Assembly: GCA_027923505.1 (NCBI GenBank)
Contig: BROI01000029.1
Coordinates: forward strand, 248,001-312,000
Direction of reading: 5' to 3'
DNA from: Mayamaea pseudoterrestris
Lineage: Eukaryota
DNA length: 64,000 nucleotides
The position numbers and the translations under genes were made by a program. Below are positions 11,887 to 24,850 of this stretch, piece after piece. Position 1 is the stretch's first letter, and each line of letters opens with the position of its first letter. The notes under the pieces were generated by a model, which was not told the DNA's origin, did no database searches, and worked only from the letters and a program-made list of their open reading frames with translations.

Positions 11887-14152
11887 ATGGTTTCGTGCCT
11901 GTATCATTGCAGATGGCAACCTTGGCGGATATCAGTGATTGTATACCTTCTTTTGCTTCAGTCAGTTTCGGCTGGTTTTATTGATATAGATACTCCTTTG
12001 GATAGACGAACGACGACTTCCTTAATTGACGGCTCTGAATATGAATTGGTAAGACCTTACCATGCTCGCTTTTGAAGGCGTGTCGGAGAAACTTAATCGT
12101 TTATCCATGAAGCAGCTTGCATCGTTTTCCTCCTGTCGTCCTACTTGAATTGTCTACAATCTTTTCTCTAACGCGTACATATCAATTATTAGGTCATGTC
12201 TGACGAATTCAATGTTGACAATCGTACGTTCGGCGACGGACACGACGCAACCTGGACGGCCCTGGACAAGTCGGATGACGACTCGTCAAACGCCGGCGGC
12301 GGTTCCATGCAGTTTTACAATTCGAGTGCTGTCACCACGGAGAATGGCTACTTGAAAATTAGCAGTTTTATTGATCGAACAGAATGGACCCGGTATGATC
12401 AAGTTAAAAAGGCTTGGAAGAAGGAACGCAAGAATTTTACGAGTGGCATGGTTCAGTCATGGAACAAGTTCTGCTTTACGGGAGGTATCGTTGAAGTGGA
12501 TGTCGTTTTTCCAGGTGATCCTTTTGTCGGAGGCTTGTGGCCAGCCGTATGGTTGCTAGGTAATCTTGGTAGAGCCACGTACTTGCCGTCGACAAACAAT
12601 ATTTGGCCCTGGAGCTACGACAAGTGTACAAGGGAGCTTCAAAAGGCGCAAACGATTAGTGCCTGCAATCGAGAGAACCATTTTGGAATGTTTCCCTTTC
12701 GTGGAAGAGGGGCAACGGAGATTGACATTGTCGAGGTAATGACGGGTGACTCCAATGGACCATTACCGTCGACTCGGCCGCCGATTAGTTTGCCTTATGC
12801 CGATCTGACTCTACAGGTAAGTGGAGAAACGTGAGCGAAAGGGCATCATGTAGGGTGCAACTGGCGGCTCATATTGCTTCTTCTTGTAGGTCGCTCCAGG
12901 TATTCCCAAGAATCGACCACAATCTGGGCATTTGCCTGTGCGAAAGACTAGAATTTCTGGTCACACGGCGTACGCTGCGGAAACTTGGTACACTGGCCTT
13001 CACATGGAAGGTAATACATCCATCAACCCATTCTTTTACGGAACGTACATGGCTGAAACAAAACCGGAGGAACCAGTGTCGCGAACTAAGCAGGAGGCGT
13101 TTCAGGCCGATGCCGTTGGCGTTGCGCATCAGCTCACACCGAGCCACTTTCGACACCCACATACGTTTCGACTCGAGTGGCAACCAGGAGCAGGTGGACG
13201 GATCGACTGGTTTGTCAAAGGCTATCAAATAAATGAGACGCTAGCTATTGAAGGTGACGGCAAAGGTCACGATTGGGTTCATGTTTATGGTTTGGAAGAC
13301 AGCGTGTTGAGCTCTTTGACGGGTGCTCAGATTCCAATTGAACCGTCGTATCTCATTATGAACACGGCAATTTCGTCCACTTGGGGATTTCCGTACGATG
13401 TACCAGAATGGTGCACTAAATGCTTCGACTGCGAAGATCCAAAGTGCCAATGCAATTTCAATCCAGGTTTTTGTGAAATGATGCGAACAGGGAGTGTCAA
13501 TTTGAACATCGACTCGATCCGCGTCTACCAAAGCAAAAATGATGATGCTCATGTTGGTGCGCCTCATACACTGGGTTGCGATCCTCCCGACTACCCTACA
13601 AAGGAGTGGATAATGGGTCACTCGTACCGATATATGAGGAACCCACCGTTTTCCTTTAATGATCATGGCTTGCCGCTGCAACGTGTGCCAACTGGAGGAG
13701 GCAGTTGCGTAAGTGACAGCGACTGTGGCGGCCATGTCGAGAATGAAAATTTGACTGCAGCATACGATGAACTGCGAACGTATGGTCGACGGACGAAGTC
13801 TCTAGAAAAGAGCATGGGGCGAGGGCGATGCGTCGATTCCATGTCTATAGCTATTTTCTCGTCCCTTGGAGGCAAAATGTGCGAATGCTTTGACGGATAT
13901 TCGGGGCCAAATTGCATGTCTTTGCGGCACATTGACGATGCACCAAGCGCGTACAAGATTCGAATGAATCAGTCGCCTTTTCATCGCATCGAGAATTTCG
14001 AGGCTCCCCTTTTCTTCCTTGTATCAATCAGCGCCATGATATCTTTGCTCTTTGCCTTTGGAGTAACTAAGACTCTTCGAGACAAGCGAGATCGGCTGAT
14101 GCCTCTGCGGCCTCCTCCGAAAGTGGATGGGTATCGGGGAACGAGTATATGA
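11887..14152 (+). CDS. KRE6/SKN1-like GH16 beta-1,6-transglycosylase (chrysolaminarin branching candidate); exons 11887-12048, 12193-12816, 12890-14152
   Basis: Signal peptide, MSDEF, SGMVQSWNKFCFTGG, GLWPAVWLLGNLGRA, GRGATEIDIVE catalytic ExDxxE, C-terminal EGF-like Cys pattern and transmembrane helix; introns join in frame. Confidence 0.9.
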
Positions 14153-14397
14153 TACAAATTACTTTCCCATATTGCTGTACATTAATAAAGCTGCGTTTAA
14201 CTATTGAACTCGGTTTGTACTCGCTTCCGTACCTCCTGCTTCTGCTTGGACATGAGAAACGAGCGTACTACTGGTAGTGTTGTGGACGCAGAGCTTACGT
14301 TAGCTGAATCGTGGCATCGTAGCGGTACTCCATTATTTTTGAAGCATGTGCTTCGCACCTCGGATCCGATTTTGAAATGTTTAACAGCCGCACAAAA

Positions 14398-15828
14398 ATG
14401 ACATCCGTCGCAACCATGAAGCTCTCCTGCTTTATACTATCGCTCTGCTCTGTTTTCGCACTGTCGGTGGCTCAGTCAGCACCGACTTCTAATCCTACTG
14501 AGTGCCTTAGCAGTGACTATGACCCATCGATCGATTACTTTCCCATAAAAGTTCAACCATCCGAGGCGACGACCTTTTCTATAGAATATTTCAACACTTA
14601 CAAAATTGTCAAGAACCTCAACAGCAACAACACATACTTGCTCTATCAGTGCGGAAGTCAGATCCCAGACGATGCAGATATTTCTCTGTTTGACACTGTC
14701 CTCTCCATTCCCATCGACCAAGTCGGTTTGTCCCAGACGACGCAGATCACCTACATTGAGCAACTGGGATTACTGAATAACATTGCTTTCTTTTTGACCG
14801 ATCCCGAGTACAACTCCAGTCCGTGTTTTGCAGATCGCATCGAAAGCGGAGATGTTTGGCTGCTGCAGGATGGACGGCCTGATACAAGTGGAGTGGTCGA
14901 CACAGCTACGGACGATGCTCTCGCGCCCCTCAACGACTTGGTTGCCTTCACCAGCCCATTCGACTCGTACATTAACACGACGGCGACTCGGATTATTGTC
15001 TCTGAGTTTGCTGAAACAACCAATCAAGCCATTTTTGAGTGGCTCTACTTTTACAGCGTCTTTTTCAACGCCGAGGAGCTCGCAACTAGTGTCGTTGCTG
15101 CAGCCGATGGCGAGTATGATTGCATCAAGACCAAGACGCAGTCAGTTTCGTCCGACTCATCTCGCCCAGTTGCACTTTGGGCCTACTACAGCGACTATTG
15201 TGCGGGCTGGTCGATTGGAAAGTGCCCTAGCTACTACTGCGAGTTTGCTCGGGACTCGAACGTTGATCTCATTGAGGTAGCTGACGATTTTGGCGAGATT
15301 GTGGGACAAGATGCCTGCGCTGGTGACAACTTTTTGACCATTGAGCAGGTGGTGGAAGTAGGCCAAAATGCGAGTCACTGGTTCTTCATGGCTCCTTACT
15401 GGAACACCACCTATGAGACGTTTAAAGAGCAACTTGATACGATGAAGAGCGTTCAAATGCAGCAAGTTTACGACTACCAGGAAGCCGGAGAAAATGCGTG
15501 GTACCAGGAACGTTTGGCCGAATACTACAATGTCTTGCACGACTTTTGCGCCACTATGAAAACATGTCCAGCATACGTAGGACCCAAGTGGTTCAGAAAC
15601 GTCTTTACCGAGGAGATTGGAGACGAAGGGGACTGCTCCGACCGAGGCAATCGATTCCCGTTCACGTTCGATGTGTGTGATGTTAGTGGTGATGATGCAA
15701 GTGGTGCTGCCGGCGACGATTCGTCACCGAACGGATCTGGATCAACATCTGCTTCTTCTCATTTGAAAATGTTAGTCGGTTTCGCAATGCCGGCTGTGGC
15801 TACGACGCTATGCCTCGCTTTTGTTTAA
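14398..15828 (+). CDS. Cobalamin acquisition protein CBA1-like / periplasmic-binding-protein-fold surface protein
   Basis: Signal peptide; DYFP...F-x-I-x-Y...YK-x-V...YLLYQCG and E-x5-AIFEW-x-x-F...FFN-x-E motifs; Ser/Gly linker plus hydrophobic C-terminal tail. Confidence 0.65.
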   Translation: MTSVATMKLSCFILSLCSVFALSVAQSAPTSNPTECLSSDYDPSIDYFPIKVQPSEATTFSIEYFNTYKIVKNLNSNNTYLLYQCGSQIPDDADISLFDTVLSIPIDQVGLSQTTQITYIEQLGLLNNIAFFLTDPEYNSSPCFADRIESGDVWLLQDGRPDTSGVVDTATDDALAPLNDLVAFTSPFDSYINTTATRIIVSEFAETTNQAIFEWLYFYSVFFNAEELATSVVAAADGEYDCIKTKTQSVSSDSSRPVALWAYYSDYCAGWSIGKCPSYYCEFARDSNVDLIEVADDFGEIVGQDACAGDNFLTIEQVVEVGQNASHWFFMAPYWNTTYETFKEQLDTMKSVQMQQVYDYQEAGENAWYQERLAEYYNVLHDFCATMKTCPAYVGPKWFRNVFTEEIGDEGDCSDRGNRFPFTFDVCDVSGDDASGAAGDDSSPNGSGSTSASSHLKMLVGFAMPAVATTLCLAFV

Positions 15829-15984
15829 AGTCTAAAGCATGGAGCACAAGGTTGATACAGAATTATATGCTTGCGTAGCGCTCTACTAATTCCAGAAATT
15901 ACGCCTTTCAATTTCGTTATCTGTTATATGTTTAAAGTGAAAGAATGATTGTCGTTCGAGAAAGCTCGCGGTGATGTGCTTCGT

Positions 15985-18726
15985 TTACTGGAAGTCAACT
16001 GCAGGATTATTCTTAAGCTTCTTTTGAATCGGCGACAACCCGCTCATGAGTCTTCGTTTCGGGTCTGCGGACATGGGAAAGGGAACTGGGCTTAAACCCT
16101 GATCACTCCAGAATGATGTCTCGGCCGTTGCTTCTGTAGACGGCGTATTCAATTGCTTGATCATGCCACTCGTGTCGAACGACATGGCAGCTGCCTGGCG
16201 GCTAAAGCTTCGAATCGGCGTATCGTCAGTTGTATAGGGCGATGCGGTGGATAGATTATTGAACGAGTACACCTTCATCGCCGAGGATGATAGCTTAGGA
16301 ACGTTGCGTGAGCGGGGCGCAGTTGGTGGTGGCATGATCTCTCGGTCGTGATCATTTTCCTTGTCATTCAACGACGCGAAGCACTTGTCAAGTTCCGCTT
16401 CATCGCTGAAGAAGCCAGCAATAGCAGTCTCTCGGTACAGCGGCGACACTGAAACGCGACTGCAAAGCCGCATGCCACTGATGTTCTTGCCAATGCTGGA
16501 GTTGCTTCCGATACAAATGTTGACGACAGAATGTGGCGGAGTCGTCGGTAGAGGAGTCGCCTTGCAATCAGTGGAAAAGAGTGTCTTGTTCAAGGTAGCG
16601 ACGTCTTCCGGAGAAAGGTTGGAAAGATCCTCCTTTGTGCAGGGCGTGTTGAATGTATCCTTGAGACTGGAAATTGGCGGAGACATTCCTTGAACAGACA
16701 TGAAACCAGGACTGGCGGCGAGACTCATTCCAAGACCATCGATACCCAGGGACTTGGGAGTATCAAAGTCAAAGATGGATTTGCGGGTCGTGGAAAAGGG
16801 CATGGCGTGATCCATTGTCTTTGCACAGCTGGCGGGCGTTCGGATGCATGCCATGGGCGAGAGCTTTGGTTCAGTCATGTCTGGGTTAATTGATTTAGTC
16901 TGCGGCTGGTTTGTTGTTGCCGACAACTGTGCAGCTTGCTGCAAAAGTAGTTGAGGTATGCTGGGAAACATGCCATGAGGTTGCGGCATGCCAAAGTGAG
17001 CATACGGCGTATAGTACTGAGAAGCGTGAACCATGCCAGCCAACGCAATGCTGTTGTAATCGAATACGTTGTCCTGAATTTGCTTGCCATCTATGCTGCT
17101 TCGAGACTTCTTGGCGGACGCGTAGCTGCTCGTCGAGGAGTCGTTCAAGCTTGCGTCGGACCAGCGTGTTTGGCGGTGCTGAGATTCCGCCGAATCAGTT
17201 TGTCGAAGGGCATTGAGATCCATGTTATGAACGGCAGCAACCGCATCGTCTAAATCTCCGATCTCGTAACGCCCTTCTGCATTAGGTTGCACCTTTTCTT
17301 CCTCGATGTTCATTTTCTTGGCAATGTACTTTTCGAGTTTCCGGCGAATGGAACTGTTCCAGTGATTCTTGATCGCATTGTCGGTCCTTGGCAAGCAATG
17401 AACGCGAAACGCGAAAGGGTTAGTAAGTTTGCAGTGTTAGCTAAGCGTTCGTCAAACATCGAAATGATACAGTTAGAACCTTACTCACCTTCCAGGCAGC
17501 AGCTTGGCCATTTCCGCCCACTTATTGCCCAGCTCAACGTGGCATTTCAAAATGATGCGATCCTCCTCTGGCTGCCAGGCTTCCTTGCGAATGTTGGGAT
17601 TCAAATGGTTGTGCCACCGCTCGCGGCACTGCTTTCCAATTCGTCCCGGCAACTCCTCGGCAATGAGCGACCATCGCTTTGCTCCATGCTTCTGGACGAG
17701 TTCAACAACCTTCAAGTCTTCATCCTCCGTCCACGGCCCAGCCTTTGACGTGCCATTCTTTAGCTTTTGGTAGCGCGTCTGACATTCGCTCGTGGTGCGT
17801 TCGCCTTTGAACTGCGAGGCAATCTTGTTCCAGTCATCGGTTCCATACTTCTCGACGGCTTGTTTGAGGAGTTCGTCGTGTTGCTTGGGCCATTTAGGAC
17901 CACTTTCCTTGTTGCCGGTGCTCCCGTGCGGCGTTGGAATCATTGTTTCCTTCATTATGCGCGTCTGCATGGATGCTGGATTTCCAGCTGCGGAAAGCAC
18001 TACTGGAGGACGCATCATGCTGCCTCCGTGGGAGTGACGATGATGTGGCGGAACATGAAGGTGATGGTGCTGCTGCATATGATGGTTTGGTGTACTCTTG
18101 ATTCCGCTCGCATTGCTATCCAGTTTGGAAGGTTTCTTGGTGCTAGTCAACGAAGACGAAGTCTGCTGCTGCGGAAGAAGAGTGGCTGACTGAAACGATT
18201 GTTGCTGCTGCTGGGTGAGCGGTCCGTTCGGCATGCCAGTTGGAGGAGGCATCGAGTACGGATAGTGCGAGTAGTAGGCTGGATGGTGCGCCTGCATGTA
18301 GACCGGCTGTGGATACCCTTTGTAGGCCGATGGATGGTTAGGATACGCTGCTGCCGCGGCTGCAGCATGCTTAGCGTAGGAGCTTTGCTTAGCCATGGTT
18401 GTGCCTGGAGGCTGCATGGCGTACATGTGTCCCGAGTAGTATGGATGCATATGGCTGGCGGTCGAATAAGCAGCGTAGACTGGACCAGGAACCATGGAAG
18501 TTTTCTTCTTTTTCTCGGATCGCTTCTTGGATTTGGTGCTGCCTCCACCCATACTCTTTTCGTCGAAGTCGGTTGCCTGCTGTGAAAGTGATGGCGCAGG
18601 TCCTACGAGCTTGGCGAGTTCAGCTTCAAGACGCCGAGCTTCCACTTCATCGGCGCTTGCGTCAGTCGTAGCTATCGGTTCAAGAAGCTCCATAGCATTG
18701 GCTTCATTTTCATTGTTAGAAGCCAT
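15985..18726 (-). CDS. Three-repeat MYB (R1R2R3) transcription factor; intron 17387-17488
   Basis: Three Myb repeats incl. GPWTEDED, GRIGKQCRERWHNHLNP, GNKWAEMAKLLPGR|TDNAIKNHWNS joined across a GT-AG intron. Confidence 0.92.
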
Positions 18727-19146
18727 CGTGAACAAGTTATCGACTGAAGATGATGTGATGGAAGGAAACAAGCAGAGGGAAGAGCGACGATTTGTATCGG
18801 CTCGGCTAGATTGTGTCTGCTCGGCTAATGTCCGGACTCGTCCACGTAGAAGCTACGTCGATCTTGTACCAAGAGGTGAACTCGCATGGGGGCAGCGCGC
18901 CGGCCGAGTAGGTAACGACTTTTACTACATGTAGCTGAACGCAAGCAGGCTTCAACGGATAATTTCAAACACGAGTCCTGGTCAGACTCTTATCCCTTTG
19001 CGACCTATCGCCTCCGACGTCCCTCCAGCCTTAAAAACGACGATGGTTTCCGCGTTTCTGCCGCAACATGTCCATTTTGAATGACGAGATGCGCAACTCG
19101 CAAGAGTTGATTATTAGCGACGATTGAGATTTCATCATCCCAGAAA

Positions 19147-20310
19147 ATGAAGCGTCTTGTTCCTTTAATACTCTGCATTTTTTGCGTAAACTCATTGTCG
19201 GTGCATCGGCTGAACACTTCAAATGCAGCAGCCGTCTATACGAAAAACAAGGCGACTACAAATGCGAAGCTCGAAACGATTGTGCGACCAGTAAACAAGA
19301 CAGGCGAGCAATCCCTTAAAGGACGACAGGTGAAGGACATTGATCTTAGAACATTCAAGCTGTCATCCCCAGACTTGCGCTCGCAACTCAAGTACGTTCG
19401 AAATGGTCACGCTGTTCTACGGAATGTTCTGCCAAAAGTTGCCCTCAATGCTATCTCGGCTCATCTCAAGGAGCATGCCATAGCTAACAGGATTCAAGCC
19501 TACCAACAAAAGGTTGCTGTGATGTATAATGATAGTCAGCTGGCCGAGTCGTTGAAGACAATAGCCGATTGTCGTTCGCACCTCGACCGCAAAGGCATTC
19601 ATACGCTCCCGTTCCTCCAATACTTTCACACTTGGCGATCCATTCCAATAGTGCTCGACTTGGCTTATTCACTTGCTCCAGTAGCGGCCACACTCATGGA
19701 CTGTTCCAGCGTTCGCCTCTACCAGGACTCTCTCTTTTACAAGTCGGCATCGGACGACGCGCACGGACCAACTCCCTGGCACGTGGATGCACGCATGGCT
19801 CCATTTGACACCAGTCATATGATCACATTCTGGATTCCGCTTCATGATATTGCTTCTGGCGAAAGTGGTCTTGTTTTTTGCAGCAAGAGTCATGCTGATT
19901 TCGCCCTACCGTTTTGGAGCCCCTACAATGACAAGGAGAAGGGTGCGAAGAAAGCGAGTGCCTGGCACAACTTGGAGGAGCGCTACAAGCACCAGGTGGT
20001 GGATTATTTGCCGCTGGAACTGGGCGACGTTACAGTGCATTCCGGATGGACGTTGCACTGTGCAGATGGATGCGATCGCGCCGCGGAACGATGGGCATTG
20101 GCCATTTCCTTTGTCGACGCGCAAGCGCCAGTTCGAGCAGGCAATGACGCCGTGGACAAGGGTGACAATGAAGACATGTGGTCTTATCGGGAGTGGTTGC
20201 GTACAGTACAAACCCAACGAGCTGGTAGGTCTTTATATCAGCTGTGGCATCATCCGCTTGTACCCGTCCTTTGGCCGCCGTCGCAGCAAACCAAGCTGAA
20301 GAGGGAGTGA
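19147..20310 (+). CDS. Phytanoyl-CoA dioxygenase (PhyH)-family Fe(II)/2OG oxygenase with signal peptide
   Basis: TPWHVD...ITFWIPL...GDVTVHSGWTLH (HxD...H triad) and distal Arg. Confidence 0.85.
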   Translation: MKRLVPLILCIFCVNSLSVHRLNTSNAAAVYTKNKATTNAKLETIVRPVNKTGEQSLKGRQVKDIDLRTFKLSSPDLRSQLKYVRNGHAVLRNVLPKVALNAISAHLKEHAIANRIQAYQQKVAVMYNDSQLAESLKTIADCRSHLDRKGIHTLPFLQYFHTWRSIPIVLDLAYSLAPVAATLMDCSSVRLYQDSLFYKSASDDAHGPTPWHVDARMAPFDTSHMITFWIPLHDIASGESGLVFCSKSHADFALPFWSPYNDKEKGAKKASAWHNLEERYKHQVVDYLPLELGDVTVHSGWTLHCADGCDRAAERWALAISFVDAQAPVRAGNDAVDKGDNEDMWSYREWLRTVQTQRAGRSLYQLWHHPLVPVLWPPSQQTKLKRE

Positions 20311-20868
20311 TAGCTTCATGTTTTGACAAACTCATCGATGTGAAGCATAGCTAATTTGAGCAGGTTTTTACGGTAGACCTTTGTATTGGGTCGATGGGAA
20401 GGAATGTCCTTGGAAAGAGCATAGCTATAGCCATCTACCGGCTGTCCGGCGAAGGTAGGAGTATAAAAGAATAGCCTACTCTCACGGCTGAAAACAAGAG
20501 GTTTGCATACACTTTAGAATGCCAATGTGTAATTATGTTGACGATGCGCGTGTATCGTTCTACGACTACGAAGGCAGTAGGAATGAGCAGCCGGAGTGTC
20601 GAGCTTGATATGGCATCTATTGCCCTTGTCTAAAATGTACCGAGTTCATTTTGTCTGTGAGGCCGCAGGGCTATCTGAATGGGGCGACAACTCTGTCCTG
20701 TGTCATCATGACAGTAAGCCCTAGCGAAACATCTTTACGAGTAAGCAAGATTGGGAAAGTATATACAGTATATATAGTATACTGTCTTCGTGCTTCTTGC
20801 ACGTTGTGCGTGCCGCCTACGAAATGGCTCACAATTCACATCGCACATCACCGACTCACAATTTCAAA

Positions 20869-21570
20869 ATGAACCATGCACTTGCTCTAAATAACATAGC
20901 TATCTCGCTTTTACAAAGCCAATGCTATGATCAAGCATGGGAGACACTTCACGATGCAGCCCAGCTTGCGGGCAATGCACCATCATGTCTCAAATTCGAC
21001 GCCGACTGCTGCTTACAGGACGCGGTTGCTAGGCAATGCCGACCAGAGCCGTCCACATCAAAATGCTCGCTTACTTTGCAAGTGCTCCCACATTATGCTG
21101 ACTCAGCCGCCTGCTTACATGCAACCAGCTCGGGAGTTGCGGCCATTATGATCCGACTGGATACCTTCGAGTTTGCGACCAATGACGACGACGAAATTTG
21201 CGATGTAAACAGAACATTCGTTCTTCACAACTACGCGATTGCCTCATTGGTTGTTGCCTTGGCGAATCCTGGCGCGATCACGTCGGCGTCGCTCCTTCAA
21301 AATTGCCTCAAGTTGTTGCTTCGTTGCCAACAAATTCTCGCAAGAATTAGTGGCAAGGCCATGCTCAGCAGTTGGGACTTGATGCACAAGGTCTACACGT
21401 TGGCTCTTATTAGCACGAGCAACCTGTTGTTGGTTTTAACACGCCTGGGTGCAGGCCAATTCCAGTTGGAAGCGGAAGAGTTAGAGACAAAGTTGGAGTC
21501 GTTAAGACAGATTCTTGCCAAGCTAGATCCCCCCGCGATGTCGCATATCCTGGCTGCAGCTTCCGCATAA
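20869..21570 (+). CDS. Hypothetical helical (TPR-like) protein
   Basis: Uninterrupted 233-aa ORF, ALALNNIAISLL...A start and 'AAASA' end resembling expanded diatom helical families. Confidence 0.55.
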   Translation: MNHALALNNIAISLLQSQCYDQAWETLHDAAQLAGNAPSCLKFDADCCLQDAVARQCRPEPSTSKCSLTLQVLPHYADSAACLHATSSGVAAIMIRLDTFEFATNDDDEICDVNRTFVLHNYAIASLVVALANPGAITSASLLQNCLKLLLRCQQILARISGKAMLSSWDLMHKVYTLALISTSNLLLVLTRLGAGQFQLEAEELETKLESLRQILAKLDPPAMSHILAAASA

Positions 21571-21618
21571 GTAACTTTACAGAATGCTAAAAATTATAAC
21601 GAAAGCTAACCATGATAA

Positions 21619-22770
21619 TTATTTTGGTTGTATCCACGCCTCCCTGATTCGGTCCCGTTGACCTGCGCCTGTCGAACTTGGCCGAACAGCCGTTGTATTC
21701 CTCTTGGCGGCCACGGAGATTCGATGATGCTGCGGATGGGAAGTGGTAACTTCGTACTTTGCTGGCGTTGTCCGTTTCAAATGAGCATTGCCTGACGATC
21801 GACTTGTCCGACCATCGCGTCGCACACCTGGTCCACTCGCCGACGCTGGAGTTTCGTCCCACAACTGTCCAATCAGCAATGTCAACAACGCACCCATTAA
21901 CCCCAGAACGATTCCCAAAATTCCTTGCCAGGATGGTGGAGATGTTTCCTTGACAACGAGTTGGGTGCGTCGGTGCTTTACATATGCGTCAATCTTGCTC
22001 AGAATGGTGCGGACCCTTCGCTTGCTTTGGGCTATGCGAAACTTGCGCAGCACGAGACGGTATCGGCTTTGCTGTTGCTCATTCTCAGCTTGACTCGAGT
22101 CATCATTCAAAGGGTCCAGGTAGTCTCTGATTGCCTCCAGATTTTTGACAGGCTGATCATTATAGTCACCACCTTCATGCACTTGGTTCTCTGCTGCTGC
22201 CGAATTAGTCTCTTGATCCGTCAAGACGAGCGCATACGAAACGTAATGCCCATTTGCATCAGGTCCCTTGGAGCTCGGTTTGCCAGGTGGTGAATACTTT
22301 TTTCCTTTCTTATATTGCTGCTGCTGCCGATTCGCCATGTAGTCGTCGTTAACGTTGGGCTCACCTTCCACGTACGCGCCTTGCGCATCCGTCTTGACAG
22401 CCACACCTTCCAGCAACTGCCGCCGCGGAAACTCGAAACGAATCTTGCGCCCCCATCCGAGCGGCATGATTTGCAACTCGCACGTAGTGATGCGACAGTT
22501 CAAGTGAATGTAAGCGTTCGAGTAGCGTATCCAGCGAATGCCCATGTACAACAAAAAGAGGAAGAATAGTAGACTGCAGTACGTGGCGCGAGTGGCGAAA
22601 CTTGTTTTGTGCCAAGACTTGACAATGGACTTTTCTAAACGAATGTTACGGGCCGAGCCGTCGTTGGGGTTGGACCGAAAGGTGAAGTTTGATGATCGTG
22701 CATTGTTTCCGGATGTCGTCGGGAGGCCTTGGTTGTGATTGCGACGACGAAAGAATGAGGAAAGTGCCAT
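21619..22770 (-). CDS. Hypothetical two-pass membrane protein
   Basis: 383-aa ORF with two hydrophobic helices flanking a soluble domain. Confidence 0.6.
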   Translation of the reverse strand: MALSSFFRRRNHNQGLPTTSGNNARSSNFTFRSNPNDGSARNIRLEKSIVKSWHKTSFATRATYCSLLFFLFLLYMGIRWIRYSNAYIHLNCRITTCELQIMPLGWGRKIRFEFPRRQLLEGVAVKTDAQGAYVEGEPNVNDDYMANRQQQQYKKGKKYSPPGKPSSKGPDANGHYVSYALVLTDQETNSAAAENQVHEGGDYNDQPVKNLEAIRDYLDPLNDDSSQAENEQQQSRYRLVLRKFRIAQSKRRVRTILSKIDAYVKHRRTQLVVKETSPPSWQGILGIVLGLMGALLTLLIGQLWDETPASASGPGVRRDGRTSRSSGNAHLKRTTPAKYEVTTSHPQHHRISVAAKRNTTAVRPSSTGAGQRDRIREAWIQPK

Positions 22771-23181
22771 GTCCCAGCAGCTAAAAAAGACTTTTGAGTT
22801 CGGTAATGTTCAATTGGAGTGTTTCGCACTCGGGATGTGGATTGGATGATTGGATCAGGTCGTGTTTCTGCTCACCACAAGAATTGCTGCTCACCAATGA
22901 GTGCGCCGTTTCCAAACTTGAAAATGTGCTACAATTTCGGCAGCTCTGCCTCACAAACTACAACCTTCGATGGAGACTAACACTTGCTTGTAGAATAACT
23001 GACTACTATGTGGCTGCAGGCAATGGAGAATGTTCGCTCCATGGCCGTCGGCAGGCAGAAGCTTATGAATGAGGCCGCTCAGTGCTGCATGTCGTACCGG
23101 TAACTTTGTGAACCGATGAGACGCTTCAAAGATCTTCCGCGAACGACGGCCACACAAAAAGCTATCGCCACATCTTTCACC

Positions 23182-24850
23182 ATGGTTGATGCTGCAGCAA
23201 CGGCTGTCAATTCCGAGGTCGGAGCAATAAGCGATCCTCCATGCCGCGTCTTGGCGCGCAGCAAGACCAAGGTGGAGTTTTTTGTGGTGTCGGAGCGAAA
23301 TGGAGGTGCAGCTGCATCAGCCCCTTCTCCGACGGTCCTTCATGCCGGCCCGACATCATGGCAACAGTACGCTCCAGATGGAAGCTGCGTTTATCTGCAA
23401 ACGCCAAAGGGAGTACTCAAGATTGACTTGACGAATGACAAGCTAGAGCCGAATGGAGACGCCACGCCGTTTCTGCAAAGCACGACTGCAAGCGCCATTC
23501 AGATGATGCATGTTTCGCCTTCGGGATCCTTTTTATTGACTTGGCAACGGCCGACTCCCGATGATGCCAATAATCTAAAACTATGGAGCGCTTTAGATGG
23601 AGCTTTACTAGCGAGTTGGCCACAAAAGCAGCTCCGTCGCGAGTCCTGGCCAACGCTACAATGGACTTATGATGAAAGGTACGCCTTGCTTCTGGTTCAA
23701 AATGAAATTCGCGTTTATCCACAAACAACCATACGAGCAGCTGGCAAGGATTCGAGCAATACACGGTTTACGGACAAAATTCGCGTGCAAAACGTTAGCT
23801 GTCTGAGTGTCGCGCCGCAAGCCAAAAACGGCAGCCCCTACTACTTTACCACCTTTTGTCCGGGAGGCAAAGACAAGCCGGCTCGAGGTGCCTTTCAGGA
23901 ATACATTCCTGGTCAACCTGACTTGCCGGCTCGTTTATCAAAATCATTGTTTCAAGCTGAAGAAATGAAGTCGCATTGGAGTCCTCAAGGTGATGCCGTT
24001 CTGATATCGCTCCAAACATCGGTTGATCATTCGGGTCAGTCCTACTACGGCAGCTCCCAAGTCTTTCTCATGGCAGACTTTGTCACGGATGCTGTAGCAG
24101 TCGAAGGCGTCACTCCGCCCGTCATGGCTGTCGAGTGGATGCCTCACCCGGAACGACCGCCGGCCTTTATTGTTGTCGCAGGCAAAATGCCAGCTTTGGC
24201 GTCCCTGCACCACGGCCGCACGGGCAAGCCAACCTTTTTGTTTGGGCAAGCGCACCGCAACACTGTACACTGGAGTCCGCATGGAAGATTCGTGTTGATC
24301 GGAGGATTTGGGAACTTGGCGGGTGGCATGAGCTTTTGGGACAAGAATAAATGCAAGCTAGTGTCGGGGTGTGCGGCGAATGTGAACAACCAGTTGAGAG
24401 CAGAAGCTGTTGTTGGATGCCATTGGTCTCCCGATAGTCGCATGGTGCTGACTAGTACAACATCACCGAGGATGAATGTTGATAATGGCATGCGACTGTT
24501 CAAGTACAACGGAAGCGAACTGAAAACTCTTCCGTGGGACAATGCTGCGTATCGACCTGATCAGTTGTTGGAAGCCACCTTTGTGCCGGCGAATGTTGAT
24601 GTATATCCGGATCGACCGCAAAGTCCCAACCTAGTGGAGCAAGAGCAACAACAATTGCAGAAGCAACAAGTACCCGGCAAGGCAAACGGACCAGTGATTT
24701 TTACCAAAGCTCTGCCTTCGTCATCTGCAGTAGAAGACTCGAAGCCAGTTGCGCGCTACGTTCCTCCGTCAGCGCGAGGAAGGGCAGGGGGCGGAACTAG
24801 CCTGGCGGAACGCATGCGAAAAGAAAAGGAAGGAAGCCTGCAGCAGGCCA
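23182..24850 (+). CDS. EIF2A: Eukaryotic translation initiation factor 2A, 5' part (beta-propeller), interrupted by retrotransposon
   Basis: SGQSYYG, HRNTVHWSPHGRFVLIGGFGNLAG, TTSPRMNVDNG, YVPPSAR motifs typical of eIF2A. Confidence 0.92.
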
